From positions 9,548,001 through 9,612,000 of the forward strand of contig OZ024757.1 in assembly GCA_964016885.1 (NCBI GenBank): DNA of 64,000 nucleotides, in the 5' to 3' direction. Both the position numbers and the translations under genes were made by a program. A model generated the notes under the pieces. It was not told the origin of the DNA. It ran no database searches and saw nothing but the letters and a program-made list of their open reading frames with translations. Each line of letters opens with the position of its first letter. Position 1 is the stretch's first letter. The stretch is from Eledone cirrhosa. Its lineage: Eukaryota. This document shows positions 12,529 to 25,510 of the stretch, in pieces.

Positions 12529-13134
12529 AGGTCACCAGTTGGTGCTACTGGTAACATGTATCCCAGTACAACCTGTCTCATGGTCGGGTCGTTGGCGACT
12601 AAACTGGCAACCCCACCAAGGTTTCTTCGTGAGGAGGGTGACTTTGGACATCCTGCAGGACTAAAAACAAAACCTGTCAAAGGGCAAAGGAGCTCTTAAG
12701 AGTCAATGGCCATCCAAAATCACCGGGAGAGATGACCCCTTAGCCTTTGTCAAGGCAGAATTCTAGGAGAAGGAAAACTCTGATATAACACCTGCAACCC
12801 TGATGGTATCCAATGATGTTGACTTGTTCTTCTTTTTGGTAAATATCATCTTGGTTAAGAGAGTGGGACTGGCTTTGTGCAGTGCCTTTGCTCACTATAA
12901 AAGCTTCACGGCACAGGCATTGCTTTATATCTGGAGATCTCTCTGCACTTGTCGTCACATGAAACCATGGGCCCAGCACTATGTGTCAATAATTGTCACA
13001 AGTGTAGTGTTTGTACCAGAGTTTTCAAGTCGCTGGCTGGACTAAAAAGTCACACTCGTTCAGCGCATTGGTAGGGGTTCTCCTACATGGATATAAAGTA
13101 GTGGCCGTACTCGAAAACGAGTTGGCAGCCACCA
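12529..13134 (+). mobile_element. ~600-bp non-autonomous RTE-derived element (5' UTR fused to 3' end), copy 1
   Basis: RTE-like 5' UTR motif CTAGGAGAAGGAAAACTCTGA; C2H2 remnant CSVCTRVFKSLAGLKSHTRSAH; 3' end CTCGAAAACGAGTTGGCAGCCACC followed by (TA)n. Confidence 0.65.
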
Positions 13135-13144
13135 TATATATATG

Positions 13145-13190
<46 letters not shown>

Positions 13191-13193
<3 letters not shown>

Positions 13194-13791
13194 GGTCTGC
13201 CAACTCGTTTTCGAGTACGGCCACTACTTTATATCCATGTAGGAGAACCCCTTCCGATGCGCTGAACGAGTGTGACTTTTTAGTCCAGCCAGCGACTTGA
13301 AAACTCTGGTACAAACACTACACCTGTGACAATTATTGACACATAGTGCTGGGCCCATGGTACCATGTGACGACAAGTGCAGAGATCTCCAGATATAAAG
13401 CAATGCCTGTGCCGTGAAGCTTTTATAGTGAGCAAAGGCACTGCACAAAGCCAGTCCCACTGTCTTAACCAAGATGATATTTACCAAAAAGAACAAGTCA
13501 ACATCATTGGATACCATCAGGGTTGCAGGTGTTATATCGGAGTTTTCCTTCTCCTATAATTCTGTCTTGACAAAGGCTAAGGGGTCATCTCTCCCGGTGA
13601 TTTTGGATGGCTATTGACTCTTAAGAGCCCCTTTGCCTTTTGACAGGTTTTGTTTTTAGTCCTGCAGGATGTCCAAAGTCACCCTCCTCACCAAGAAACC
13701 TTGGTGGGGTTGCCAGTTTAGTCGCCAACGACCCGACCATGGGACAGGTTGTACTGGGATACATGTTACCAGTAGCACCAACTGGTGACCT
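13191..13791 (-). mobile_element. Same ~600-bp element, copy 2, inverted (tail-to-tail across (TA)n)
   Basis: Reverse complement of 12529-13134 with scattered substitutions. Confidence 0.7.
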
Positions 13792-13816
13792 TACACATAT
13801 ATGTATATACATATGT

Positions 13817-16040
13817 CTGAACCGTGATATTGTCGGGGAGAAGTGTGTACTTAATGATGACGGCGTACTTGCCATCACTGATGCTGATAAGAAGGAAGCT
13901 TGGAAGTGTCACTACGAAAGGCTTCAAAATGAGGAGAATAAATGGGAGAAAGACAGTCTCCCCCACATCGACTCAATAGAGGGACCGGCAGTTTTAGTCG
14001 AGGGTAGTACAATAAGTAAGGCAATCAAAGATATGAAGACTGGTAAGGCGGCTGGGCCTTCAGAAATAGTTGCTGAGATGCTGAAAGCCTCTGTAATGGT
14101 GGGACACACCATGGTCACCCGGATAGTCAACCAAGTCATACAGAATGGGATTGTTCTGAAGGACTGGCCTAGCAGCATCATCATTAACTGCTACAAGGGT
14201 AAAGGAGACGCCCTAGATAGGAGTAACTATAGAGGCATTAAATTAATCGACCAGGTCATGAAGGTCACGGAAAAAGTAATAGCGCAACTAATCAGAGAGC
14301 GAATTGATCTAGATGAAATGCAGTTCGGGTTTTTGTCAGGTAAAAGTACCACAGACGCTCTTTTCATTGTACGACAACTACAGGAGAAGTACCTAGCTAA
14401 AAGTAAACCCCTATACTTAGCTTTTGTTGACTTGGAGAAAGCCTTCGACAGAGTCCCCCGTTCCATTATCTGGTGGGCTCTTAGAAAACTAGGTGTTGAT
14501 TAATGGCTTGTGAGAACTATACAAGCCATGTATAAAGAAACAGTCAGCAAGGTTAGAATTAACAACGAATATAGTGAAGAGTTTAGTGTAAAAGTTGGTG
14601 TACATCAGGGCTCTGTTCTTAGCCCCCTACTATTTATTATTGCCCTTCAGGCTATAACAGTGGAGTTCAAGACCGGCTGCCCATGGGAACTCCTATACGC
14701 AGATGATCTAACGCTCATAGCTGAAACAATGGCCGAGCTAGAGAAGAAATTCCAAACATGGAAGCATGGCCTAGAATCAAAAGGGCTCAAAATTAACCTG
14801 GCTAAGACTAAAGTTCTAGTTTGTAGGAAAGAAAATAAGGCGACGGTCCCTTCCGGGAAATGGCCATGCTCAGTGTGTAGGAAAGGCATAGGTAGAAACT
14901 CCATTTTATGTCCCAAATGCAAAGTATGGGTGCATAAAAGATGTAGTGGGATCACAGGTAAGCTAACTAAGAACATAGATTTTACATGTGGCCAGTGCTC
15001 TGGTGCAATAAGTAGCAGCAAGTGCCCTCAAAATACTAGCTCTTTCAATTGCACAGAGGGTTCTATAGAAATAGTGGACAGTTTCCGTTACCTGGGTGAC
15101 AAAATCAGCAGTAGGGGAGGGTGCTCTGAAAGTACAGTAGCTAGAGTCAGAACTGGATGGAAAAAGTTCAGAGAGCTTATACCACTATTAGCCACTAAAG
15201 GGTTCTCCCTAAAAATGAAAGGCAGGTTGTATGATGCCTGCATACGAACAGTAATGTTGCATGGCAGTGAGACCTGGGCATTGTGTGCAGAGGATATACG
15301 CAGACTGGAGAGGAACGAAGCTTGCATGCTCCGCTGGATGTGTAATAGTAACATACGTGAACGGCAAAGCATAAGCGAACTAAGGAAAAAATTAGAAATA
15401 AGAGGGATCAGATGTTGTTTACTCGAGAGAAGGCTACGTTGGTATGGTCACGTGAAGCGCATGAAAGACGACAGCTGTATAACAAAGTGCAGGGCAATAA
15501 AGATAGACGGTAGCTACGGAGTAGGCAGACCCAGAAAAACCTGGGACGAGCTGATAAATTCCGACCTCACACACTTACACCTCTCCAAGACAGTGTCACT
15601 GGACCGAGACCTTTAGCGGTACTCAGTAATAGAGAAGACCCGCCTTACCTAAATACAAAGTAAAACCTACTAGAGTCAGTAGGCATCTCTAACAAAATAC
15701 ACCCCCGTCCCACCACCCCCACCCCATCCACACCACCCCTTTCAATGTAAAGTTATGTTGGTGCTACAACATCCAGGCCGAAACAAATGAGATCGTGTAG
15801 GTGTCACGACAAAAAAACACACAGTGCACGCCGTAATGTGGCCGTGTAGGCAACACGGTAAAAACCTCCCAGCTCCACACTGTAAATGTGGTTGGTGTTA
15901 GGAAGGGCATCCAGCTGTAGAAAACCCGCCAGACAGTCCTATGCGAGCAACACAATCACTCTTACCTCAAGTGGGAAAACCCCCGTCCAAACCCATGCAA
16001 GCTTGGAACACGGGCGTTAAACGTTGTTGATGATGATGAT
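13817..16040 (+). mobile_element. RTE-clade LINE, 5'-truncated, young
   Basis: ORFs 13640-14503 and 14510-15616 are separated by one stop. RT motifs AFVDLEKAFDRVP, GVHQGSVLSP, LLYADD, FRYLG; (GAT)n tail. Highly similar to 58845-61066. Confidence 0.95.
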
Positions 16041-16227
16041 GGTCATCGATCTGTACAGTTCGTTTGTCTACCAACATATCAGGAAAAAATTTTACATTTT
16101 CTCTGTATTTTCTCTAAGGAGAACATGTGTTGCTTCCTGTTATACATAAAACTTTGCATCTTCGAAATATAAAAAATGAAATAAATAGAGATGCTATAAA
16201 GTATATATCTTCCATTTATTACTAATA

Positions 16228-16276
<49 letters not shown>

Positions 16277-17999
16277 TGCCATTATAGTTTATTGTCACGG
16301 CAGGAAAACCTTTAATTATAAGTTTACCTGATCATACCAACATGGGACTTAATATAAGCCAGGCGCTGTTGTCTCCCTTAGCACTAATCACTGAATTAAT
16401 ATCCAGTAACGTCTGCTTTTCTTCTAGGTTTAGTTAAGCCTTTATCATTAACGTTACTCTATATTTACTGTTATATTTTCGCAGTAAACATCATTATGTC
16501 ACAAAATATTGAATCTATGAGATTTTGATACTATTTATTTTGGGAACAATACCTTAACATCAGCATGAGCGGCTTGTTAGGGCCAGTTAGAACAGAAAAT
16601 GTCAGAGAATTCTGGCCAGATACGGACGGTTTAAATAAATGATTTAATAAATAACAGCTTTATTGAAACACTACTGTGTTGTTCTGAGATGATTTCAGTA
16701 GAATTTCAAATGGTAGAAGGACAAATATATTCTACATTTACTTTAATATAGATTTAAACAAAGATGGTAGAATGACAGAATTGGTAGAGTGTCAGATAAC
16801 CTACCATTGCAGTATTTGTCCTGGTTTTTAACATTCTGAGTTCAAATCCCAGTGAGGTAAATTTTATATTTTATTCTTCTAGGCTGGATAAAATATATTA
16901 TATGTACTATGGTTGATTTAATAAACTTTGCCCTTCCCCCAAAATTGCTGGTCTTGAGCCTAATTTACAAATAAATAGAGATTTAACAAGTTTGTTGCTT
17001 CAAATTTCTCAAAACACTTTTATTTAGTGTGACTAGTGCAGTAAATTGGTAGTAATCGGTAGAGCGTCAGACAACAAGCTTTGCATCATATAGTTATGTC
17101 CTGTTACATTCTGAGTTCAAATCATGTGGAGGGTAGCTTTCCCTTTCATCCATACAGGGTTGATATAATAAAGTACCAGTAATTTAACTTTCCCCACCCC
17201 CAATATTATTGGGCCTACATCAAATACCATTATTTACTGTGTCTAACAACACTCAGTAACCTATACTATCACTACCCCAATGATACCAGCCAAGACAGTG
17301 TCTCAGAATTCTCTCTGGCCTACAGAAACCCAGGTACCAGTTGCCTCATGCTCCTGGCTAAGGACAGAATGGAGAAAGGGTTAACCTGGAAGATAGTGAA
17401 GGAGATGTGTTGAAGAAGCCATTAAAACCTTTGGGCCTCACAAGTTTTAAAAACAACAACGTCCAATGTTTGATTTATTCTAACTACTTTCAAGATATCA
17501 TTACATATGGTGTTCTTAACAGATATTTAGATGGGAAAATAACAAAAATATGGAATCACAGACTGGACAAATTCCTCAAATGTAACTCTTTACTTAACAA
17601 AAATAGATTGAATTTCAGGAGATAAATATAGTTTATTTAATATGTTATGAAAATAATTTACTCAAAAAAGAAAGAATAAAACCATGAAAAGACACATACA
17701 TTACATCAATTACACACCACAAGAGGGAATGTTGGTGTTGACCTCAGAGACAAGACACAGCCTTACCTCAGATGATAGGTCCCTCACTAATGCAATACAA
17801 CAGGGAATTTTAGGTATTACCGAAAAAAAAGAAATTTTACATTTATATCATTAAAAATGAATTCAGGAAGACAAAAGTTAGACATGCAAAGAATTTTGAT
17901 ACAAGTTAAAAACATATTTAAGAAATGGAGTCTGTAGAAGTGTTATAGTTACATTTTTGATGTTAGTGGACAATAAGTTTAGACTAGTAAAAGGAAGGG

Positions 18000-19340
18000 T
18001 ATCTCAGGGTTCACAGTTAAATAGTTTTATCACCAGTGTGTGTTTCTAAGTTACTGTTAGACACAAAATATTTCCCACATGTTTCACTGGGGAAGGTCCT
18101 TTTTCTGCAGTCTGACTATGTGGCCAACATGAGTAGAATTCTGAATAAAAGATGTCCAACATGTTTCACACTGGAAGTTTCTTTCCTCCAGTCTGAAGAC
18201 ATATATGTTTATTAAGTACCAAACTATCAGTAAAAGATTTCTCACATTTTTCACAATGATAGGTTTTTCTCAAAAGTGTTCTTTTGTGACTCTGTAACCA
18301 TTTGTAACAAAACCTTTCCAATATATTTAAAAATAATATGGTTTTCTCCAGTATGTGTAAATAACCATTTGTAACAAAATGTAAACCCCATATTTCTAAA
18401 TGATATCGTTTTTCTCCAGTGTGTTCTTTCAAAAACACTGATTTCGACATAACATTTCCCACATTTTTAACAGTGATATGATTTTTCAGCAGTACGTGTT
18501 GTTTTTGTTGTCTTCAAATGATTGTTTTTCATGAAATATTACCCACACATTTCATAGTGGCAAGGTTTTTTCCTCCAGTGTCAAATAAAATGAGAATTTC
18601 AAGTGAACACATTACCATATATTTCACAGTGATGTTGTTTGTCTCCAGTGTGTTTGTTTTTGCTTATTTAAATCACTGCACCTGATGAAATATTTCTCAC
18701 ATATTTCACAATGGGAGTGCGTTTGTTCTTTTGTGAACAGTTAAACTACTGTTTTCAAGAAAACATTACCCACACATTTCACAGTGGCAGGGTTTTACTC
18801 CAGTGTTACTATGTATGTCTCAAGCAAGATGAGAATTTCAAGGTACCAACTAACCTCATATTTCACAGGGATGTTGTTTGTCTAGAGTGTGTTTATTTAT
18901 GTTTATTTAAATCACAGCAACTCACATATTTCACAAGGGAAGTGTTTTCTCCAGTGTCTCTATGTATATTGTCAAGAAGATTAGATTTACTAATGAAAGA
19001 CTTACTATATAGTGATATTGATTCTCTCCAGTGTGTACTTTTGTGAATAATTAAATGAGAGCTACAGCCAAATATTTTACAATGGAAAGGTTTTTCTCTA
19101 CCATGTCCTTTTATGTACTCTTAAATCACTGGTTTTAATAAAAGATTTATCACAATGATACGGCTTTTCCCCCAGTGTGACAACATATTTCCCAGTGATA
19201 GGGTTTGTCTTTAATATGTATGTGTTTGTGTGTAGATAATTCATCTACTGATGAGAATGTTTTCCTACAAATCTCACAGCTATATTTAGAAATATTTCTG
19301 TCTAATAATTCTTGTTCAGTACATATTTCATTGCAGAAGG
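18000..19340 (-). pseudogene. Decayed C2H2 finger array downstream of the 19342 stop
   Basis: Recurrent remnants of HTGEK and CEICG with stops. Segment 19230-19340 repeats the leader of the same gene (20525-20645). Confidence 0.8.
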
Positions 19341-19341
19341 G

Positions 19342-20726
19342 TTATACCCCAGTGTGAATACGTATGTGTTTAACAAAATGGGATCTCTGAGTGAAACATT
19401 TCCCACATATTTCACAATGACAGGGTTTCTCTCCAGTGTGTGTTCTTTTGTGAATAGTTAAATAGCTCCTTACAACAAAAGATTTCCCACATATTTCACA
19501 ATGGAAGGGTTTCTCTCCAGTGTGTATTCTTTTGTGTCTAGTTAAATGATTCCTTGTAAGAAAACATTTCCCACATATTTCACAATCAAATGGTTTTTCT
19601 CCAGTGTGTGTTCTTTTGTGTGTAATCAAAGTAGAGTTATGGAGAAAAGATTTGCCACATATTTCACAATGGAAGGGTTTCTCCCCAGTGTGTGTTATTT
19701 TGTGTTTAGTTAAATGTGTCCTCGTAGCAAAATATTTCGCACATATTTCACATTTGAAGGGTTTCTCTTCAGTGTGTGTTCTTTTGTGTAGTGAAAGAGT
19801 AGACCTATGGCCAAAATATTTCCCACATATTTCACAATGGAAGGGTTTCTCTCCAGTGTGTGTTCTTTTGTGTAGTGACAAAGTATTGCTCTGGCGAAAA
19901 GATTGCCCACATATTTCACATTTGAAGGGTTTCTCTCCAGTGTGTGTTCTTTTGTGTCTACATAAGTCGTTGTTTGAAAGAAAAGATTTCCCACACGTAT
20001 CACAATGGAAGGGATTTTCCCTAGTGTGACTACGTATATGATTATTAAGCTTCCAACTCTCAGGAAAAGATTTCCCACATATTTCACAATGAAAGGGTTT
20101 CTCTCCTGTATGTGTTCTTTTGTGTCTAGTAAAATGATTGCTTGTAAGAAAACATTTCCCACATATTTCACAATGGAAGGTTTTCTCTCCTGTATGTGTT
20201 CTTATGTGATTAGATAAATTGCTGTTCCACACAAAAGACTTTCCACATATTTCACAATGATAGGGTTTTTCCCCAGTGTGGCTACGGATGTGGCTAACAA
20301 GATTGGATTTCTGAGTGAAAGATTTCCCACATATTTTACAATGATAGGGTTTTTCCCCAGTGTGGCTACGGATGTGGCTAACAAGATGGAATTTCTGAGT
20401 GAAACATTTACCACATATTTCACATTTGAAGGATTCTTCTCCAGTGTGTGTTCTTTTGTGTTTAGATAAATCATGGTTACAGACAAAAGATTTCCACATG
20501 TTTCACAGTGGAAGTGTTTGTATTTGTGTGTAGATAAATCATCTTCTGATGAGAAAGTTTTCCTACAAATCTCACAGTTATATTCAGGAATATTTCTGTC
20601 TAATGATCCTTGTTCAGTACATGTTTCACTAGGTAAAGGTTTCTCACCACTGTATCTCTGTATAACTCTATCTATATTGGTAGAAACAGGTGTGGTAGAA
20701 ATGTCCAAGTGTTTAACGTCCTCCAT
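19342..20726 (-). CDS. Tandem C2H2 zinc-finger protein (13 intact + 1 split + 1 degenerate finger) with a 1-nt frameshift near 20495
   Basis: ORF 20202-20726 gives the leader [21 protein letters not shown] 19342-20499 has HTGEKP-linked CEICGK fingers. The break reads TGTGGAAATCT where the repeat consensus is TGTGGGAAATCT. Confidence 0.9.
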
Positions 20727-21554
20727 ATTAATTCTTGAAGAATTCTTCGAAGTTCTGAAGATATATGACTGTGTAAGACTGATGTCGGTATAAGAAAGTG
20801 TAAGAGAGAGTGTGTGTGTGCTTGTGTCTTAATAAATGAGGATTGTTCAACACGGAGTGTAGAAAAGTACACAGTATCTGCTGTGGTAACAATACAAATA
20901 ATACGTACTTTATATTTCAAGTCCAAGTGTAAAGTCAAGAAAGACCAGGAAAGCTAATTGTTCAGATGTTGGTGATTTAAACCTATTTCTCACTGTCCTG
21001 TAAAATGTGGAGCAACCAATTCACGATGTAGCGTAGTTTCTCATGAAATGAAATATTTAATCATGTAGGAGATGGAACACCTACCCTGGAACATGGAGCT
21101 CACTCTATGTTATCTACAGAATATTAACTTTCACCTTAACATGAGATAATTGATACACAAGATATAATTAGATTAATTAAAGTTATAATTAAGATAGTAG
21201 GTACGTGGTGTTGTTGAAAATGTTCCCGCGCTCTTAAATAAAACCGGTGTCATACGTTAAAAGTCCCTGACCTAATTTAATACCTTTAGCCAGACCTTCA
21301 GTTACATCAATTCACTCCATCAATTGTATCCAACCCCTGGTAAAACAAGCAGCATCTCCCAGTGAAATATTTATTACGTATCAAGCAGGGAGTCTCCTAC
21401 CTGGTTACTTGACTTGGTAGAAATAGCAGCCAAATACCACTATCTACTGTCTTACAACAACAAAGACCATATTTTGCAGTTTACTCTCTCACACACGTAT
21501 ATATATATATATATATATGAGAATAAACGTGCTGCGTGGTTGCTAATGGGTTAC

Positions 21555-21665
21555 ATATGAATAAAGTTAGTCCATCATCAGTGATCTTCCAACCATCATT
21601 GGTATTTCATCGAGCGATGAAATACCAATGATGGTTGGAAGATCACTGATAAAGGACTAACTTTA

Positions 21666-21672
<7 letters not shown>
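21555..21672. repeat. Near-perfect 118-bp palindrome between (TA)n tracts
   Basis: ATATGAATAAAGTTAGTCC..GGTATTTCATCG-AG-CGATGAAATACC..GGACTAACTTTATTCATAT, with 2 mismatches seen. Confidence 0.95.
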
Positions 21673-21722
<50 letters not shown>

Positions 21723-21860
21723 GATATGCCTCATATGAAATAATGCAGCCAATTTTCCAGCACCCCAAACGCTTAATTAGGAATATACTCACTTATTTCC
21801 TAATGTTTGTTGAGTGAGTTGGAATTTGGCCGGAGTATCGCTAAAAAGCTTTCTCCGATA

Positions 21861-21895
<35 letters not shown>

Positions 21896-21896
21896 G

Positions 21897-22900
21897 GCAC
21901 TACAACGGAATTGGCTGTCAGAAGTGAAAGTAGAAGAATGTGACGTCATCTGACGTCATTCGTCAACCTTCGTATATTTCCGTATCCCCACCACCACCAT
22001 GTGTAAATAAATAAACTTTGAAATCACCTTGTTAATGCATAGTCATAGTTATAGAGTTAGAAAACAAATGAAGTTCAGGGGGCCAACACTACCGACTTTC
22101 TTAAAAAAAAACAATTTAACGCGGGTAACTACAAGATAACCTTGTTTTGTAATACTGGTAGACATTGAAGAAAGTTTTCCCCATTGAGATTCTTTATGGA
22201 TGGTTGATACTCAGCTGCAAGGAACACAGGAGGGAATTAGTATATAAAGTCCTTGACGATTGCTTGTGCCTTCCAAATATTTAAAATTCTCTATAATTTC
22301 CTTTTTATCAGGTCCCAAGCAGTAACACTTCGAATATTTCAATAAATATTAACCAGTTACTCCCGTTTTCGTTCTTTCTTTAATGTGGTAGAGTGTATAA
22401 GATTTGCCTGCTATTTCTAGCAACTTCAATGACCACATAATTGGTTTGTAATGTTGTTTTAAAGTGTAAGGGTTTACACAGCCATTTATGAATTTCTAAG
22501 AGATACGTTTACGATGAGATACACTTATTAAAAATACTTTCATTGCATAGTTCCGTTCGTAAAGGCTTCATTTTACTGTACTACTCGGGAACCTTTTAAT
22601 AACATACAGGATTAAGTCCATGTTTTTCAACCAATTAATGGTATCTGCTGTAGTAGGGGTAGCGATGGAAATATGGCGATGATTAACTCCACGCTGGGGT
22701 ATAATGTAGAATTCATATTATTCAACTTGCAAATACGTGTATTATCCCAAAGTGAAAAACCAAGTTTTACATCAACGTGGTGATTTCAAAGTTTATTTAT
22801 TTACACATGGTGGTGGTGGGGATACGGAAATAAACGAAGGTTGACGAATGACGTCACATTCTTCTACTTTCACTTCTGACAGCCAATTCCGTTGTAGTGC
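21897..22900. mobile_element. ~1-kb non-autonomous DNA transposon with ~125-bp TIRs
   Basis: GCACTACAACGGAATTGGCTGTCAG.. at 21897 and its reverse complement ending at 22900; no coding capacity; superfamily uncertain. Confidence 0.85.
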
Positions 22901-23995
22901 GATATATAAACATGATGGTCACGGCTGGAACAACTTTAATTATAGGTCTGCTCAATAATACTAACATGCGATTTAAATTGAGCAAAGGTGGAGTTGTCTC
23001 CCTTGGTACTTTACTACGCTACGTTTGTTTATATATATCATCATCATCTTCAACATTATCATTTAACGTTCATTGTTATCACACCTGCATGGGTTAAACA
23101 GGTTGTCACGTTATGAGACATGTCAGGTGTGGAGACCAGGTCTCATATGGATGTGTATTTTGGTTTGGTTTCTAAGGCTGGATGCCCTTCTTAACACGAA
23201 ACATGTTACAATGTGGACTGCACACTTTTGTATGACCACCTTACAGGATGAACTGGGTGTTTTTATCGTTGTAGCATCAACGAGGTGTGTGGGATATTTA
23301 GCAGGTGAGGGTAGGGTCTTATGAATGGGGAGGGGTGATGAGAAGATGGGTGAAGACTAGTGTGTTCTCTACATGTTTGTTTTATTTCAATTTCAGCACA
23401 TGGGAAGGGGATCTTCTACAGTACAGCATGACGCCAGAGGTCTCGATCCTGTGACATTTCCATTGAGAGGTTTAATTGGGCAAGGTGAACTTTTATTATT
23501 TCATCCCAAGCTTTCCTAGGTCTTCCCCTTTCATAGTTAACATCGACTTTGACAACCCTGTACTTTTTTATACAGCTGTCATATACATCACATGTCCAAA
23601 CCACCACAATCTCCTCTCCTCTACACTGCATCTGACCTCTCTTATACCTAGTTTCTCTCTCAGTTTATTAATGCTTGTTGTTCATGCACACTATTACACC
23701 TCTATCAGATCATGTAAACTTCATTTCTTTCCAGTCTTTATAGGTCCACTGAATATATTGCCCTGGTCTCACTTCAATGTAACATTGATGTTCTTACACA
23801 GACTTCATACAATCTGCCTTTCACTTTCAGGGAAAATCATTTTGTAGGCAGCAGTAGTAGTAGCCCCCTAAACTGTTTCCATCCCATTCTCACTCAGGCT
23901 ACTGTACCTTCAGAACACCCACCTCCACTGTTAATTTGGTCATCTAGTTAACAGAAATTATGAACTGGTTTCTACAGAGCCTTCTGGACATTTAA

Positions 23996-24213
23996 CCCTT
24001 TAGCATTTAAACCAGCCACACCTAGCCAGAATACTCTCACATTTTTCTGTTCAAACCGACCATAACTGGCCACTCATACCGACATTAAGGTATTGTTCTC
24101 AATATAAATATCAAAATCTCATAGATTCGATATAAAGTGAGATAATTATGTAAGATAAAGCCTTTACCACAAAAATACAATAGAATATATAGATTAATGT
24201 AAATGCTGAAGGG
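23996..24213. mobile_element. piggyBac-like MITE with TTAA target duplication
   Basis: TTAA|CCCTTTAGCATTTA...TAAATGCTGAAGGG|TTAA. Related copy at 51459-51666. Confidence 0.75.
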
Positions 24214-25314
24214 TTAAAGTAGCTTATTTTTTTGTGAGCTGTTGCTACTTATTGCTCTTGTGCATCAAGTACATACACAACTTACATTCTTTTGCAAACC
24301 TCACTGAGATCCAATGTACATCTCTTGTTTATCCATAGTTTGGAATTTCTACCTACTCCTTTCCTTTAGACTGAGCTAGGCCATTTCCTTGAGGGGATAT
24401 ACACCCTGTTTTCCTTTCTATTTTGCCAAGTTAACTTTAAGACATTTTCATTCTAGGCCATGCTTCCGGGTTTGGAATTTCTCCTCTAATTTTACCATAG
24501 ATTAAGTGACAGGGGTTCAATCATGTGCATAGAGGAGTTCCCATGGACAGCCAGTCTTAAACTCTTATATAATAGCCTGCAGGATGAAAATAAACAGAAG
24601 AGGGTTAATAACAGAGCCCTGATAGACTTGCTCACTCAACTCCTCACTATAGCCATCATTACTTTTAACCTTACTGACTGCTCCTCCATACATGGCTTTT
24701 ACTGCTCTCACAAGCCACTCATATATCCCTAGTTTTCTAAGTTACACACCAGATTATGGAACGGGGAAGTCTCACAAAAGCTCTCTCTGGGTCAACAAAT
24801 GCCAAGTAGAGGGGCTTATTTTAGCTAGGTACTACTCTTGCAGTTACCACACAAGGAAAAGGACATCAGTGGTACTTTTACCTGACACAAATCCAAACTT
24901 CATCTCATCTAGGTTAACTTGGTCCCTAATCAGCTGTGTTATAACTCTAACACCTTCATGAACTGGTCCATCTAATGTCTCTATAGTTTTCTAGCTCTAG
25001 TACATCTCCTTTGCCCTTGTAGCAGTTGATGATGATGATACTACACCATTTATTTGGTATGACACCATTTTGTATTACTTGCTTTACGATACCAGTGGTT
25101 AAGATGTGACCCACCATCCCAGATACTTTCAGTATCTCAGCAACTATCACCAATGGACAAGATACTTTCTCTGTCTTCATATCCTTAATTACCTTACTAC
25201 GCTACTGCTTACTTGTATGGCTGGACCCTCTGTTGGGCCCACTTTCTGTAGACTATCTCCCTCCCATGCATTCTCCTCATTCAGTAATCTTTCATAAAGG
25301 CATTTCCATGTTAC

Positions 25315-25510
25315 AAAGGATGGCTGAAAAGTTCATAGACTATCAATGATAGCATGATGCTAGAGCTGTGAAATCTTGCCTGCACTAATTTCAACTCTTC
25401 TTATTAATAACTGCATTGTTTCCCTCCAGGGACTATGTTGAAATATAAACCTCCTTTGGTCATTCCATGAGAGTATCTTGGTCTGCCTATGAACTTTTCA
25501 GCTGACCCTA
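25315..25510. mobile_element. Mariner-like MITE
   Basis: Inverted ends GGCTGAAAAGTTCATAG / CTATGAACTTTTCAGCT. A related end occurs at 36047-36100. Confidence 0.65.

Noticed and set aside
12529-12620. Possible HDV-like ribozyme at the 5' end of the 600-bp RTE derivative
   Set aside because: It is structured (GGTCACC/GGCGACT plus internal hairpins), but I could not build the nested double pseudoknot by eye. An RNArobo or Infernal search would be needed.
10237-12664. Long ORFs rich in YI/CV/HT (also near 27769-28442, 41397-42080, 43123-43386, 56111-56586, 61887-62310)
   Set aside because: Translations of (TA)n/(TG)n/(CT)n microsatellites that happen to lack stop codons; not genes.
13640-13816. 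N-terminal extension of the 287-aa RT ORF
   Set aside because: Chance read-through from the antisense 600-bp element into the truncated RTE.
19604-20793. Antisense and alternate-frame ORFs over zinc-finger and RT coding regions
   Set aside because: Shadow ORFs of repetitive coding sequence.
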